A program made the translations under genes and the position numbers. DNA of 64,000 nt from Candidatus Parcubacteria bacterium. GTDB lineage: Bacteria > Patescibacteriota > Minisyncoccia > Phycocordibacterales > CAIJYI01. Positions 37,521 through 46,900 of the stretch are shown one piece after another. Location: NCBI GenBank assembly GCA_026395595.1, contig JAPLYL010000005.1:12853-76852 (forward strand), in the 5' to 3' direction. The notes beneath the pieces were generated by a model that made no database searches, was not told the origin of the DNA, and saw only the letters and a program-made list of their open reading frames with translations. How positions within the stretch are numbered: position 1 is the stretch's first letter; each line of letters begins with the position of its first letter.

Positions 37521-38413
37521 TAAAAACTTGTAAAATTTTTCGGCTCTTCCGGTATTTTTTTATCTTTTATTATTATACTTCCGATTTTATTTACACGTCC
37601 AAAAAAAGCGTCAACTTCTTCTTCCGACAAAAGCTCTAAAAGCAACCCTCTTAATGCCTGTTGAGATTTTTCATCCCCGGAAAACTTTTTTACCTTTTCT
37701 GCTAGTTCGTCGGGAAGTTCCTTGCCAAAAGGATAACCGATGGAATTCTGATAAGAATCTCGACTAAATGAACATCCGTTATCAATGGCATGAACTTTGA
37801 TGTCAGAGTAATATCCGGTATGAAGCTCTGAAAACAAGAGATTTCCCATATGGCGGTCGCTGTTATGAATGAGAAAATCAAAAACCCATAAGGTTTTTAT
37901 CTGATCTTCAACCTCCTTTTCTTTTATAACAGTCGTATTGAATACATCCCAGTAAGAAGCCGTATCGTTAATAAATTTCTGAACGCTTCCCACCTCATTA
38001 CCAATCTTTTTTATAACTGTCGGGGGAACAATTCCGAAATCAAAAAACTGATCCACCAAATACGCGGCTCTTTCCCTCTTGCAGAGCGTCCCTTTATCAA
38101 TATAACGCCTTAATCCCTCAGCTTCTCCGGACGCTGGTTTAAAAATACCGATCTCTCCGTTTGTGAATTCAACAAAGAGTGTTTTATTCGCGCTCGGACT
38201 GCCATCCAAAGTCTTTGAACTTTTTTCTTCTGCCTCCTCTAAATTTTTAGGAGAGGTCTTATCTCTCCATGATTCTATTTCTTTTTGCTTTTCCTCTTCT
38301 TCCTTATCAAACGCTTTCAGGAGTTCTTCTTCTGTCATTACTTCTTTAGATGACGGTTTGAATTCGCCTTCCTTGGAACCGACCACCGCTTCAAAAAAAC
38401 CTTCAAGACTCAT
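37520..38413 (-). CDS. PI3/PI4-kinase-like protein kinase-fold protein. Start placed at the ATG 8 nt after the rnc stop, rather than the ORF-track ATG at 38575.
   Basis: Catalytic-loop-like DRHMGN and activation-segment-like HAIDNGCSF, with a Lys-containing IGIFKP upstream. The 38575 start would overlap rnc by 155 nt. Confidence 0.55.
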   Translation of the reverse strand: MSLEGFFEAVVGSKEGEFKPSSKEVMTEEELLKAFDKEEEEKQKEIESWRDKTSPKNLEEAEEKSSKTLDGSPSANKTLFVEFTNGEIGIFKPASGEAEGLRRYIDKGTLCKRERAAYLVDQFFDFGIVPPTVIKKIGNEVGSVQKFINDTASYWDVFNTTVIKEKEVEDQIKTLWVFDFLIHNSDRHMGNLLFSELHTGYYSDIKVHAIDNGCSFSRDSYQNSIGYPFGKELPDELAEKVKKFSGDEKSQQALRGLLLELLSEEEVDAFFGRVNKIGSIIIKDKKIPEEPKNFTSF

Positions 38414-38420
38414 AAAATAA

Positions 38421-39128
38421 TTATTGTTTTTTACCTTTTTTCCATTCGTGCTCTGACAGCACTTTCTTCGCAGCCATCTGTTCGGCGTCTTGTTTGGAAT
38501 ACCCCTCTCCTTCACCCATGAGCTTATCTCCCAAAAATAACCCCACACGGAATTTTTTATCGTGGTCAGGTCCAATTTCCTCCAGCACTTTATAGTTCGG
38601 CGTTATGCCGTAAAAATCCTGCGCTTTTTCTTGGAACAAACTTTTTGAATCCTGCCAGAGTCCTTTCCCGACCACTTCGTCAGCAAAACAAAGAATATAT
38701 TTGGCGATAAATTCTTTTGCGGTTTCGTATCCTTGGTCAAGATAAATAGCGCCGATGACGGCTTCAATGGTATTGGCGAGAATGTACTGGCGCGCTTTGC
38801 CAATGTCTTTCGCTTCACCCTTGGAAAGCAGGAGCATCTCGCCGAGAGAAAGATTCATCGCGATGTCGGAAAGAAAATTTGCGTTCACCAATCCTGCGCG
38901 ATAGGCGGTCAATATGCCTTCGGGTTCATTCGGATATTTTTTGAAAAGAAAATCGGTAGAGACAAGTTCAAGCACCGCATCGCCTAAAAACTCAAGCCGT
39001 TCATTATGCGTGAGTCCTTTTTCTTTCGCTTCATTGAGATATGAGCGATGAGTGAATGCTTCTCGGAGGATGTCTTTGTTTTTGAAGACGATGCCGGTAA
39101 AAGATTCGAATTTTGAGAAGTCAGGCAT
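38421..39128 (-). CDS. rnc: Ribonuclease III
   Basis: RNase III signature ERLEFLGDAVL plus a dsRBD C-terminus. Confidence 0.93.
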   Translation of the reverse strand: MPDFSKFESFTGIVFKNKDILREAFTHRSYLNEAKEKGLTHNERLEFLGDAVLELVSTDFLFKKYPNEPEGILTAYRAGLVNANFLSDIAMNLSLGEMLLLSKGEAKDIGKARQYILANTIEAVIGAIYLDQGYETAKEFIAKYILCFADEVVGKGLWQDSKSLFQEKAQDFYGITPNYKVLEEIGPDHDKKFRVGLFLGDKLMGEGEGYSKQDAEQMAAKKVLSEHEWKKGKKQ

Positions 39129-39173
39129 GAAATTAAATTTCTGAATTATATTGTAGTAAAAACTCTTATTATT

Positions 39174-39303
39174 GTCATTCCGGCCTTAACCTAATTTTTA
39201 ACGACAGGAGGGAGTATAAAAATGGAAATACTCTTGTGGTGTGATCCAGAATCCAGAGTTGGTGCATAAACCCTAGATCCCGGGTCGTTGCCCGGGATGA
39301 CAG
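39174..39303 (-). repeat. Inverted-orientation copy D of the MITE-like element. Core at 39189-39242 with hairpin-containing termini (gtcattccggcc ... cccgggtcgttgcccgggatgacag).
   Basis: Its reverse complement aligns with 43055-43192. Confidence 0.75.
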
Positions 39304-39308
39304 ATTGA

Positions 39309-40217
39309 TTATTTTTCTTCTTTCTCTCCCGATAGTATTTTCACCCCCTTCGTAATAATCGGCAATATATCATCATAAAAATTGAGTTCGGCGATATCTC
39401 CCATCAAAAACCATCGCACATCATCAAGTCCGCCTTTATCGGCTTCAAGTTTGAGCGGGATGTAAGGAGCTTCAGCAAGGAAGTAAGCGACGTTCTTTCG
39501 GTACCGTCCGATCTCGGGATTATTGGCGACATATTCGTTTTCTCCCAATTCTTCTTTTACGTCTATTTCGGCATCTATCTCTTCTTTTATTTTCCTCTTC
39601 ACTCCTTCTATTTTGTCTTCGCCTTCGGTAAGTCCGCCTTTAGAAAGCGTCCAGTGTCCGAAAATGTCGTGAACGAAAGCAAGATAGGTTTCGCCCTCAT
39701 GTTTAGAGTAGACCACGGCTCCGACGAGCTGTTTGACTGGCAATTGTTCGCGAGGTACGTTCTGATTCTTTTTCTTGGCGATATCGTCTTTTCCGGGTTC
39801 GCCGAGTTCTTTGTAGACAGCGCCCAGCACTCCGTTTACGAATTTACCGCTCGTCTCTCCTCCAAATGTCTTGGCGAGTTCAATCGCTTCATTGATGGCG
39901 ACTTTCGGCGGCACGTCGGAATGATCAGAAAAAAGCAGTTCAAAAAGTCCGATACGGAGAATGTTTCGGTCAATGACGGATATACGGTCAAGAGGCCACT
40001 CGGGAGCAGCCTCATGAATAATAGAATCAAGTACTTGATTCTTCTTAACAACACCTTCGGTAAGATTTTTTATAAAAGAAAAATCGGAAAGACCCGGAGC
40101 GAATTCTTCAATATCGCGCGCCAGAATCTCATCTACGGATTCGTCTTTTTTATCGCGAAAGTCCCACTCAAAGAGAGCTTGAAGGACGATCGATCTTGAA
40201 AGGTGCCTATTTGCCAT
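39309..40217 (-). CDS. nusB: NusB antitermination factor fused to a C-terminal NUDIX hydrolase domain
   Basis: The N-terminal ~140 aa are NusB-like (RSIVLQALFEWDF...). The C-terminus carries a Nudix-box-like GGLTEGEDKIEGVKRKIKEEID. Confidence 0.7.
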   Translation of the reverse strand: MANRHLSRSIVLQALFEWDFRDKKDESVDEILARDIEEFAPGLSDFSFIKNLTEGVVKKNQVLDSIIHEAAPEWPLDRISVIDRNILRIGLFELLFSDHSDVPPKVAINEAIELAKTFGGETSGKFVNGVLGAVYKELGEPGKDDIAKKKNQNVPREQLPVKQLVGAVVYSKHEGETYLAFVHDIFGHWTLSKGGLTEGEDKIEGVKRKIKEEIDAEIDVKEELGENEYVANNPEIGRYRKNVAYFLAEAPYIPLKLEADKGGLDDVRWFLMGDIAELNFYDDILPIITKGVKILSGEKEEK

Positions 40218-40279
40218 AATTTAAATACACGTAAAAATGTAAAAAAACATCAAAAACGCTCACTCGCTACTGCTTCGGT

Positions 40280-40507
40280 TTATTTTGCCGCTTCTTTCTT
40301 GGCTGCCGTTCTTTTGGTCTTCTTTTCAACTTCTTTCATGACATTGAGAACTTCTTTGCCTCGGTAAGTGCCGCAAACTCCGCAAGCGTGGTGCTTAACG
40401 TGTGATGATTTGCATTTCGGGCATTCTGTCAAACGAGGTCCGTCAATGTGATGATGGGACCGTCTGTTGGCGGTATGCGCTCGTGTGTGTCTCATTCGTA
40501 CTACCAT
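40280..40507 (-). CDS. rpmF: 50S ribosomal protein L32
   Basis: N-terminal RHTRAHTANRRSHHH and a Zn-ribbon CPKC...CGVCG. Confidence 0.8.
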   Translation of the reverse strand: MVVRMRHTRAHTANRRSHHHIDGPRLTECPKCKSSHVKHHACGVCGTYRGKEVLNVMKEVEKKTKRTAAKKEAAK

Positions 40508-40646
40508 AGTGAATATAATATAGCGTAATTTTCAACAAAATGCAAGGGGAAAGGAAAAAAGCTTGCAGAAAAGCCGTTTTTTGCCAGGTTTTAGAGCCAA
40601 AAAGACAAAAGAAAGGCGGAGAAAATCCCCGCCTTTTAGCTCTTAT

Positions 40647-40988
40647 TTACTCATTAACCGCCTCCTGCTCTTTCTTATTCTGTTTAAGGATTTCCGCTTC
40701 TTCCGGAAAGGATTCTGCGAATGCTTTTAATGACTTCGTTTTTCTCTGTTCTCGCCATAGTGTGTTTCCCTGATTCCAAAGAAAAAGAAAAGCGAGAACA
40801 AACATCGCATACTTCGCCGTTTGATTCCACCCGGAAATCAGAGCGATAACAGCAAAAAATAAGTCCGAGACAAAGAGAACAAAAATAAAAAGTAGAATGC
40901 GATCAACCAGAACATCCGCTTTTTTTACAAATTCCTGACGAAGCTCGGAAGCTTTTTTAACCCTGTTTATATAATCGGTGTGTTCCAC
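40647..40988 (-). CDS. Hypothetical membrane protein
   Basis: Two transmembrane helices and a downstream hairpin terminator. Confidence 0.45.
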   Translation of the reverse strand: MEHTDYINRVKKASELRQEFVKKADVLVDRILLFIFVLFVSDLFFAVIALISGWNQTAKYAMFVLAFLFLWNQGNTLWREQRKTKSLKAFAESFPEEAEILKQNKKEQEAVNE

Positions 40989-41116
40989 GTAAAAGTACCT
41001 CTCTTGTTGTTATGAACCAGCTTTAATTATACATATTTTTACAATTATGTCAACAACATAAACCCGCCGCAAGTCAAAACTTGGGCGGGAGTGTCTATAT
41101 GAAAGCATTCAAATTC

Positions 41117-41410
41117 TTATTCTGAATTCCACCATGATACCGCTTTTTTATACAGGTAGTACGGCAAAAACATCATAAAAAGCAGTGCAGCAAGAATGGA
41201 GAGGATAATAAAAAGAGGAGTAACGCTCAAAAAAAGTTCCGACGCCAACCCGACAGAGCACAAGGAAAAAGCCCATAAGACAAAAATGAATAATAAAACG
41301 ACTCCGATTCCAAAAGTGGCAACCATATGCCCGTCAGGATAATTATTCTTTTGTCTGTCGTCTTTTTCCTCACTTAAATCTTTCTCAAGATCATATTCGT
41401 ACTTGCCCAT
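41117..41410 (-). CDS. Hypothetical membrane protein
   Basis: Two transmembrane helices. Confidence 0.45.
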   Translation of the reverse strand: MGKYEYDLEKDLSEEKDDRQKNNYPDGHMVATFGIGVVLLFIFVLWAFSLCSVGLASELFLSVTPLFIILSILAALLFMMFLPYYLYKKAVSWWNSE

Positions 41411-41500
41411 TTCAAAGTGCTCCTTCGTGAAATTCGTCTATATAGACTATATATAAAAAGTGTGTTTTAGTCAATTTCCGCCAAGGTAACTCCTCACTCC

Positions 41501-41582
41501 CGTCATTCCCGCGAAGGCGGGAATCCATGATTTATCGCACCTATTCTGGATCCCCGCATTCGCGAGGATGACGATGAGTTAT
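41501..41582 (+). repeat. Solo copy E of the MITE-like element: both hairpin termini (gtcattcccgcgaaggcgggaatcc ... ccccgcattcgcgaggatgacg) without the 54-bp core.
   Basis: The right terminus is identical to 43171-43192. Confidence 0.7.
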
Positions 41583-41625
41583 TTTAGCAAGTCTTTAAAT
41601 GAGGTTTTTTGAGGGGTGTGAGGAG

Positions 41626-42234
41626 TTACCCGCCAAGAAAACTTTTCCGATGTACGCCTTCCAAAATTCCATGTTTTTCTATCATCTCATAATGTTTTTT
41701 CGTTCCATACCCCTTATGCCGTTCAAAACCATATTCAGGATATTGCTGTGAAAGCGTGATCATTTTCCTGTCGCGAAGAACTTTTGCTCCGATGCTCGCG
41801 AGAGAAATGACCGGCTCAATGTCGTCGCCATGAATAATGGTTTTTTGAAAAAGATATTCTTTCGGCGCGTAAAGCGAGCCGTCCAACAAAACAAGCGTGC
41901 TCTCGGGAGGACAGGCCAATTTTACCAATGCTTCCGCGAGCGCGTTTCGTATAGCAAAAGAAAGTCCGCAATCGTCTATCATTTCAGAAGAAGAAAAAGC
42001 GACGGCGAAAGAAATTTTTTCTTGAGACTTTTCCTTTTCCATTTTCAAAAACCACTCTTCCCTTTTCTCCGCCGTAAGTTTTTTTGAATCCCTTACTCCG
42101 AAAGAAAACTTTTTGAACCGCCGAATATCGCGTAGAGAAAAACAAACCGCCCCCACGGAAACCGGTCCCGCCAAAGGCCCTCGCCCTGCTTCATCTACTC
42201 CAACGACATATTGAATATCTTTCGGTATTCTCAT
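41626..42234 (-). CDS. rnhB: Ribonuclease HII
   Basis: GVDEAGRGPLAGPV active-site motif near the N-terminus. Start moved to MRIPKD. Confidence 0.85.
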   Translation of the reverse strand: MRIPKDIQYVVGVDEAGRGPLAGPVSVGAVCFSLRDIRRFKKFSFGVRDSKKLTAEKREEWFLKMEKEKSQEKISFAVAFSSSEMIDDCGLSFAIRNALAEALVKLACPPESTLVLLDGSLYAPKEYLFQKTIIHGDDIEPVISLASIGAKVLRDRKMITLSQQYPEYGFERHKGYGTKKHYEMIEKHGILEGVHRKSFLGG

Positions 42235-42301
42235 GTCTCCATCATACACAAAAATATCCCATAAAAAAACCGCCCTCAGTAATAGGGCGGCTGGCGGGAA
42301 A

Positions 42302-42955
42302 TTATTGATTTCCCAGACAGTTTGAATAGTCTTGTACGGCATTTCTTGTTTCTTCGGGATACCAGTTATCCAAACCTTGTTTCAAAAAGGTGTACTTGTT
42401 CCAGTCATGAGTATCACGATAAAACTGTTCGGCACTGTTTGATTTTGCCTGATATAAAGCTTTTGACTCTTTCAGACGGACATCATACTGCACCTTGCAA
42501 TCAGTTTTTTCCGGCGCTTGAACTTGCGATTGCGCTACCGGAGCTTGATTTTGGTATCCTTGCTCTGTGTATGGCTGGTACACCTGCGTCTGCGTCGGGT
42601 ATTGTTCTACCATACGGTTTTGCTGATACCGTTCCAAATAATATGCAGTGGGCGTTTGATCTTGAAGATAAGAATAATTTTCCGTTCCTCGGTATATCGG
42701 TTCGGAAGGATACATCATTCCGGCTATGCCAGCGCCAAGGAAGATACCTTCCATAGGCCGACCGACCGCCATACCTACAGCGCCGCCTACCGCCGCGCCA
42801 GTTGCCGCACCGGCAATTTTCCCTATGTTCACTTCAGGTTTTGAACCCTGATAACGTCCATAAATGTCATACACGGGGACGGTTGTACACCCAGTAATAA
42901 TCGGTATCGCCAGCACTAAACCGGCGAGAGTTCGTAATAAAGTGTTCATAAACAC
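42302..42955 (-). CDS. Lipoprotein with a glycine-zipper segment and a Gln/Tyr-rich region
   Basis: Lipobox ITGC after a signal peptide, a GxxxG repeat segment (GAATGAAVGGAVGMAVG), and a GGAGG RBS. Confidence 0.7.
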   Translation of the reverse strand: MFMNTLLRTLAGLVLAIPIITGCTTVPVYDIYGRYQGSKPEVNIGKIAGAATGAAVGGAVGMAVGRPMEGIFLGAGIAGMMYPSEPIYRGTENYSYLQDQTPTAYYLERYQQNRMVEQYPTQTQVYQPYTEQGYQNQAPVAQSQVQAPEKTDCKVQYDVRLKESKALYQAKSNSAEQFYRDTHDWNKYTFLKQGLDNWYPEETRNAVQDYSNCLGNQ

Positions 42956-42993
42956 CTCCTCTAAAAATGTAAAATATCAAAATAACTTATATT

Positions 42994-43021
42994 ATTCTAC
43001 ATTATATACAGTATTTGTCAA
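42994..43021 (-). promoter_or_regulatory. Candidate promoter TTGACA-16-TAGAAT for the lipoprotein gene
   Basis: Hexamers read on the minus strand about 40 nt upstream of the start. Confidence 0.4.
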
Positions 43022-43054
43022 GTACAAAAACCGTGAATCCAAAAACTCTTCGTT

Positions 43055-43192
43055 CGTCATCCTCGCGAATGCGGGGATCCACGTCGTTAAGCCATACTCT
43101 GGAACACCACAAGAGTATTTCCATTTTTATAGTCGCTTCGCTCCTTAAAAATTAGGTCAAAATTAGGTCGCCCCGCATTCGCGAGGATGACG
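43055..43192 (+). repeat. Full copy C of the MITE-like element: perfect 22-bp terminal inverted repeats (cgtcatcctcgcgaatgcgggg / ccccgcattcgcgaggatgacg) around the 54-bp core.
   Basis: Read directly; related copies as listed. Confidence 0.8.
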
Positions 43193-43280
43193 ATTTTGGG
43201 ATATTTTAGTCCAAGGAAATGAGTTTTTGGATTCACAGCAAAAAACTCCCCAAAACACGGGGAGTATTCTATTGAAAATG

Positions 43281-43832
43281 TTATCTGCACACCCAGACCA
43301 ACCGAGGAAAATACTCTCCGGTCCGAAGATCGTGCAAACCGCCGATATCAGCGTACCCGCAAACGAGCTGACGTTGAGGAACAACGCGATACGTATGCTG
43401 TCCGTAAAATCGCGGGTAGATATTTATGCTAATTCTTGGCTGTGGATTATTATAGACAAACGGTCGATAAGCAAAGTGCGGTGCTGCCTGTGGATTATTA
43501 TAAGCAAACGGTCGATAGCCAAAGTGCGGTGCCGTCTGTGGATTATTATAGGCAAACGGATGATACGCAAAGTTTGCCCTCGGTTGAGGATTATTAAAAG
43601 TAAAATCCCGATAACCAAAACTCTGAGCAGACTGCGGGCTATTAAAGGTAAACGGGCGATAACCAAAATCATGATAATCGAAATTTTTGTAAGAAAAATC
43701 GCGATAAACAAATCCTGAACCCGCCTGCGGATTATTGTAATTGAAACTATTGTACGTAAAAGGGCCGCCGAATCCCGATGCCGCAAAAATCACAGACAAG
43801 ACAAAACACAAAATTTGAAAGAACTTTTTCAT
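43281..43832 (-). CDS. Secreted tandem-repeat protein (F/Y-R-P-F-x-Y-N-N-P-Q repeats)
   Basis: Signal peptide MKKFFQILCFVLSVIFAASG with a GGAGG RBS; about 8 copies of an 11-aa aromatic repeat encoded by 33-bp DNA repeats at 43440-43700. Confidence 0.65.
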   Translation of the reverse strand: MKKFFQILCFVLSVIFAASGFGGPFTYNSFNYNNPQAGSGFVYRDFSYKNFDYHDFGYRPFTFNSPQSAQSFGYRDFTFNNPQPRANFAYHPFAYNNPQTAPHFGYRPFAYNNPQAAPHFAYRPFVYNNPQPRISINIYPRFYGQHTYRVVPQRQLVCGYADIGGLHDLRTGEYFPRLVWVCR

Positions 43833-43944
43833 TATAACCTCCAAAAAACAAAAATGAATATATTGAATCAAAGTACATAGTACTCATTATTATCATTTCT
43901 GTCAAGGCTACACCAAAACCTCCGCAAACGGTATAATAAAACGC

Positions 43945-46900
43945 ATGTCTGACACCCCAACAAAAAGATTCGTTCATCTTCACACCCACACGCACTATTC
44001 CCTTCTGGACGGTCTTTCAAAAATAGAAAATCTCATCAAAGTTGCCAAAGAAGACGGGATGCCGGCGATTGCCGTCACTGATCACGGCAACATGTACGGA
44101 GCCATAGAACTCTACAAAAAATGTACGGCGGCGGGAATAAAACCAATTATCGGAGTGGAAGCTTACATCGCCAACCGCACGCGTTTTGACAAAGAACCGG
44201 GCGTGGACAACAAACGCTATCACCTTACCCTTCTCGCAAAAAACAACACCGGTTATCGCAATCTTATCAAAATGGTCACGGCGTCCAACCTTGAAGGATA
44301 CTACTACAAACCGCGCATGGACAAAGACCTGCTCCGCGCGAACAGCGAAGGTATCATCTGCCTTTCGGGTTGCTTCGGAGGAGAGCTCGCGCGCGCCATC
44401 CGCAATAAAGACAAAGAAAGAGCGATTGCCATCATTCGCGAGCATCAGGAAATTTTCGGTGTGGAAAATTACTTTTTGGAAATCCAGCGCCACTCCGGAA
44501 TTGAAGGACACAACCAATGGGAAAAAGATGTCGTAGCGCTCGGCAAAGAACTCGGCATTAAGGTCGTCGCTTCCCAAGACTCTCACTACACCAAAAAAGA
44601 TGATAAAAGAGCGCATGAGACTTTGCTCGCCGTCGGTACGGGAAACCCCGTTGGAACCGACACGAACCTCACCTTCGGATCGGACGATTATTCTTTCATT
44701 ACCACCGCGGAAGCTTACGCCTATTTTAAAGACACACCCGAAGCAGTAGAAAATACATCGTTCATCGCGGATATGTGCGACATTCAGATAGAACTCGGCA
44801 AATGGACTTTTCCCAACTATCTTATTCCTGAAGGAACCACCTACGACAGTGAACTTCGCCGTCTCACTTTTGAAGGTATCGCCAAACAAGGAATGAAAGA
44901 AACGAAGCAAGTCATAGACCGCATAGAATATGAATTAAACATCATCAAAACCAAGGGGTATTCTCCTTACTTCCTGGTTGTCTCCGACTTGCTCCGATTT
45001 GCCAGAGAAGCGGGAATTATGACCAACGTCAGAGGTTCGGGAGCCGGTTCTCTTTGTTCGTATCTTATCGGCATTACGCTTGTGGATCCGTTGGAATACA
45101 AACTTCCTTTTGAACGTTTCCTTAACCCAGAACGTCCATCGGCGCCGGATATAGATATGGACTACGCCGATAACCGACGCGACGAAGTCATAGAATACGC
45201 CAAAAGAAAATACGGCGCCGATCATGTCGCGCAGATTGGTACGTTCGGTACTATGGCGGCGCGCGGCGCGGTAAAAGACGTCGCGCGCGCGCTCGGTTAT
45301 CCGTACGCGACCGGTGACAAAATTTCAAAAATCATTCCGATGGGATCGCAGGGCTTCCCGATGACTATTGATCACGCTCTGGACATCGTTCCCGAACTGA
45401 AAGAAATGTACGACCGCGAATCGGACGTGAAAGAAATTATTGATCTCGCCAAAAAATTAGAGGGCTGTGTCCGCCACATCTCCGTCCACGCCGCGGGCGT
45501 CGTTATTTCCCCTACCATTCTCTCTGATTTCACTCCTTCGCAAATGGATCCAAAAGGAGGAAAGATTATCACCCAATACGAAATGCACGCCGTGGAAGAC
45601 GTCGGGCTTCTCAAATACGACTTTCTCGGAATCAGAAACCTCGCCATCCTTGCCGATGCCGTGCGTCTCGCCAAAAAATATCACGGGATAGAACTGGATA
45701 TTCAAAAAGTCCCCCGCAATGATAAAAAAACTTTTCAAATGCTCGCAAAGGGAGAGACCATTGGACTCTTTCAACTGAACGGTTCCGGCATGACCAAATA
45801 CCTAATGGATCTCCGCCCGACAACCATTCACGATATCAACGCCATGGTCGCGCTCTACCGTCCGGGCCCGATGGAATCCATTCCCGAATATATCAAACGC
45901 AAACGCAATCCGAAACTCGTTACCTATCTTGACCCTCGTATGGAAGATATTTTGGATCAATCATTCGGCGTTATCACCTATCAGGACGACGTCATGATGA
46001 TCGCGATCAAACTCGCCGGGTACTCTTGGTTGGAAGCCGACAAACTCCGCAAAGCCATGGGAAAAAAGATTCCGGCAGAAATGGAAATTCAGAAAAAGAA
46101 ACTCTTGGAAGGATTCCTGAAAAACGGCCTGTCAAAAGAAAAAACAAAAGAACTTTGGGCGCTCATAGAACCGTTCGCCGCGTACGGATTCAACAAAGCG
46201 CATGCCGCCAGTTACGGTTTGGTCGCCTATCAAACCGCGTACATGAAAGCAAACTTCCCTGCCGAATACATGGCGGCCGTACTCACGGCCGAGTCCGGCG
46301 ACGTGGAAAAGATTTTTGAAATCATCACCGAATGCAAGCACATGAATCTCCCCGTTCTTCCGCCGGACGTCAACGAAAGCATGGGGGACTTTGCTGTCAT
46401 CAAAGGAGAAACCCCGGATAAAGACAAAATACGTTTCGGACTCCACACTATAAAAAATCTCGGAGAAGAGATCAGTGATTATATTATTGAAGAGAGAGAA
46501 AAGAACGGCAGATATAAAACCTTCGCGGAATTTCTGGAAAGAGTCAAACACAAAAACTTAAATAAAAAATCTCTTGAGGCGCTCGTAAAGTGCGGAGCGA
46601 TGGACGAACTCGGCGAACGAGGACAGATTATTTTCAACATGGAAGATGCGCTGGCATACAGCAAAGGTCTGGTGAAAGAAAATAAGGCGCAAACTTCCCT
46701 GTTCGGGCTCATGTCCGCGGAGACATCGCTTCCGGCCCTCAAACTCAAACCCTGCGAGCCGGCGAAACCGTTTGAAAAACTTGTCTGGGAAAAGGAACTT
46801 CTCGGTCTCTACATTTCCGGACACCCGCTGGATAAATACCGCGAAAAAATGGAAGCGCGCGAATGGAATAATGCGAAGCTCAAAGAAAACGGAAAGGACA

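Noticed and set aside
38414-38575. ORF-track N-terminal 54 residues of the PI-kinase-like gene (start at 38575)
   Set aside because: It would overlap rnc by 155 nt in another frame, and its sequence (…RRKCCQSTNGKKVKNNNYF) is not protein-like. An ATG 8 nt after the rnc stop gives a coupled start instead.
40540-40773. Plus-strand 77-aa ORF overlapping the 40647..40988 minus-strand gene and a terminator hairpin
   Set aside because: It starts inside an intergenic terminator region and runs antisense to a membrane-protein gene. There is no RBS.
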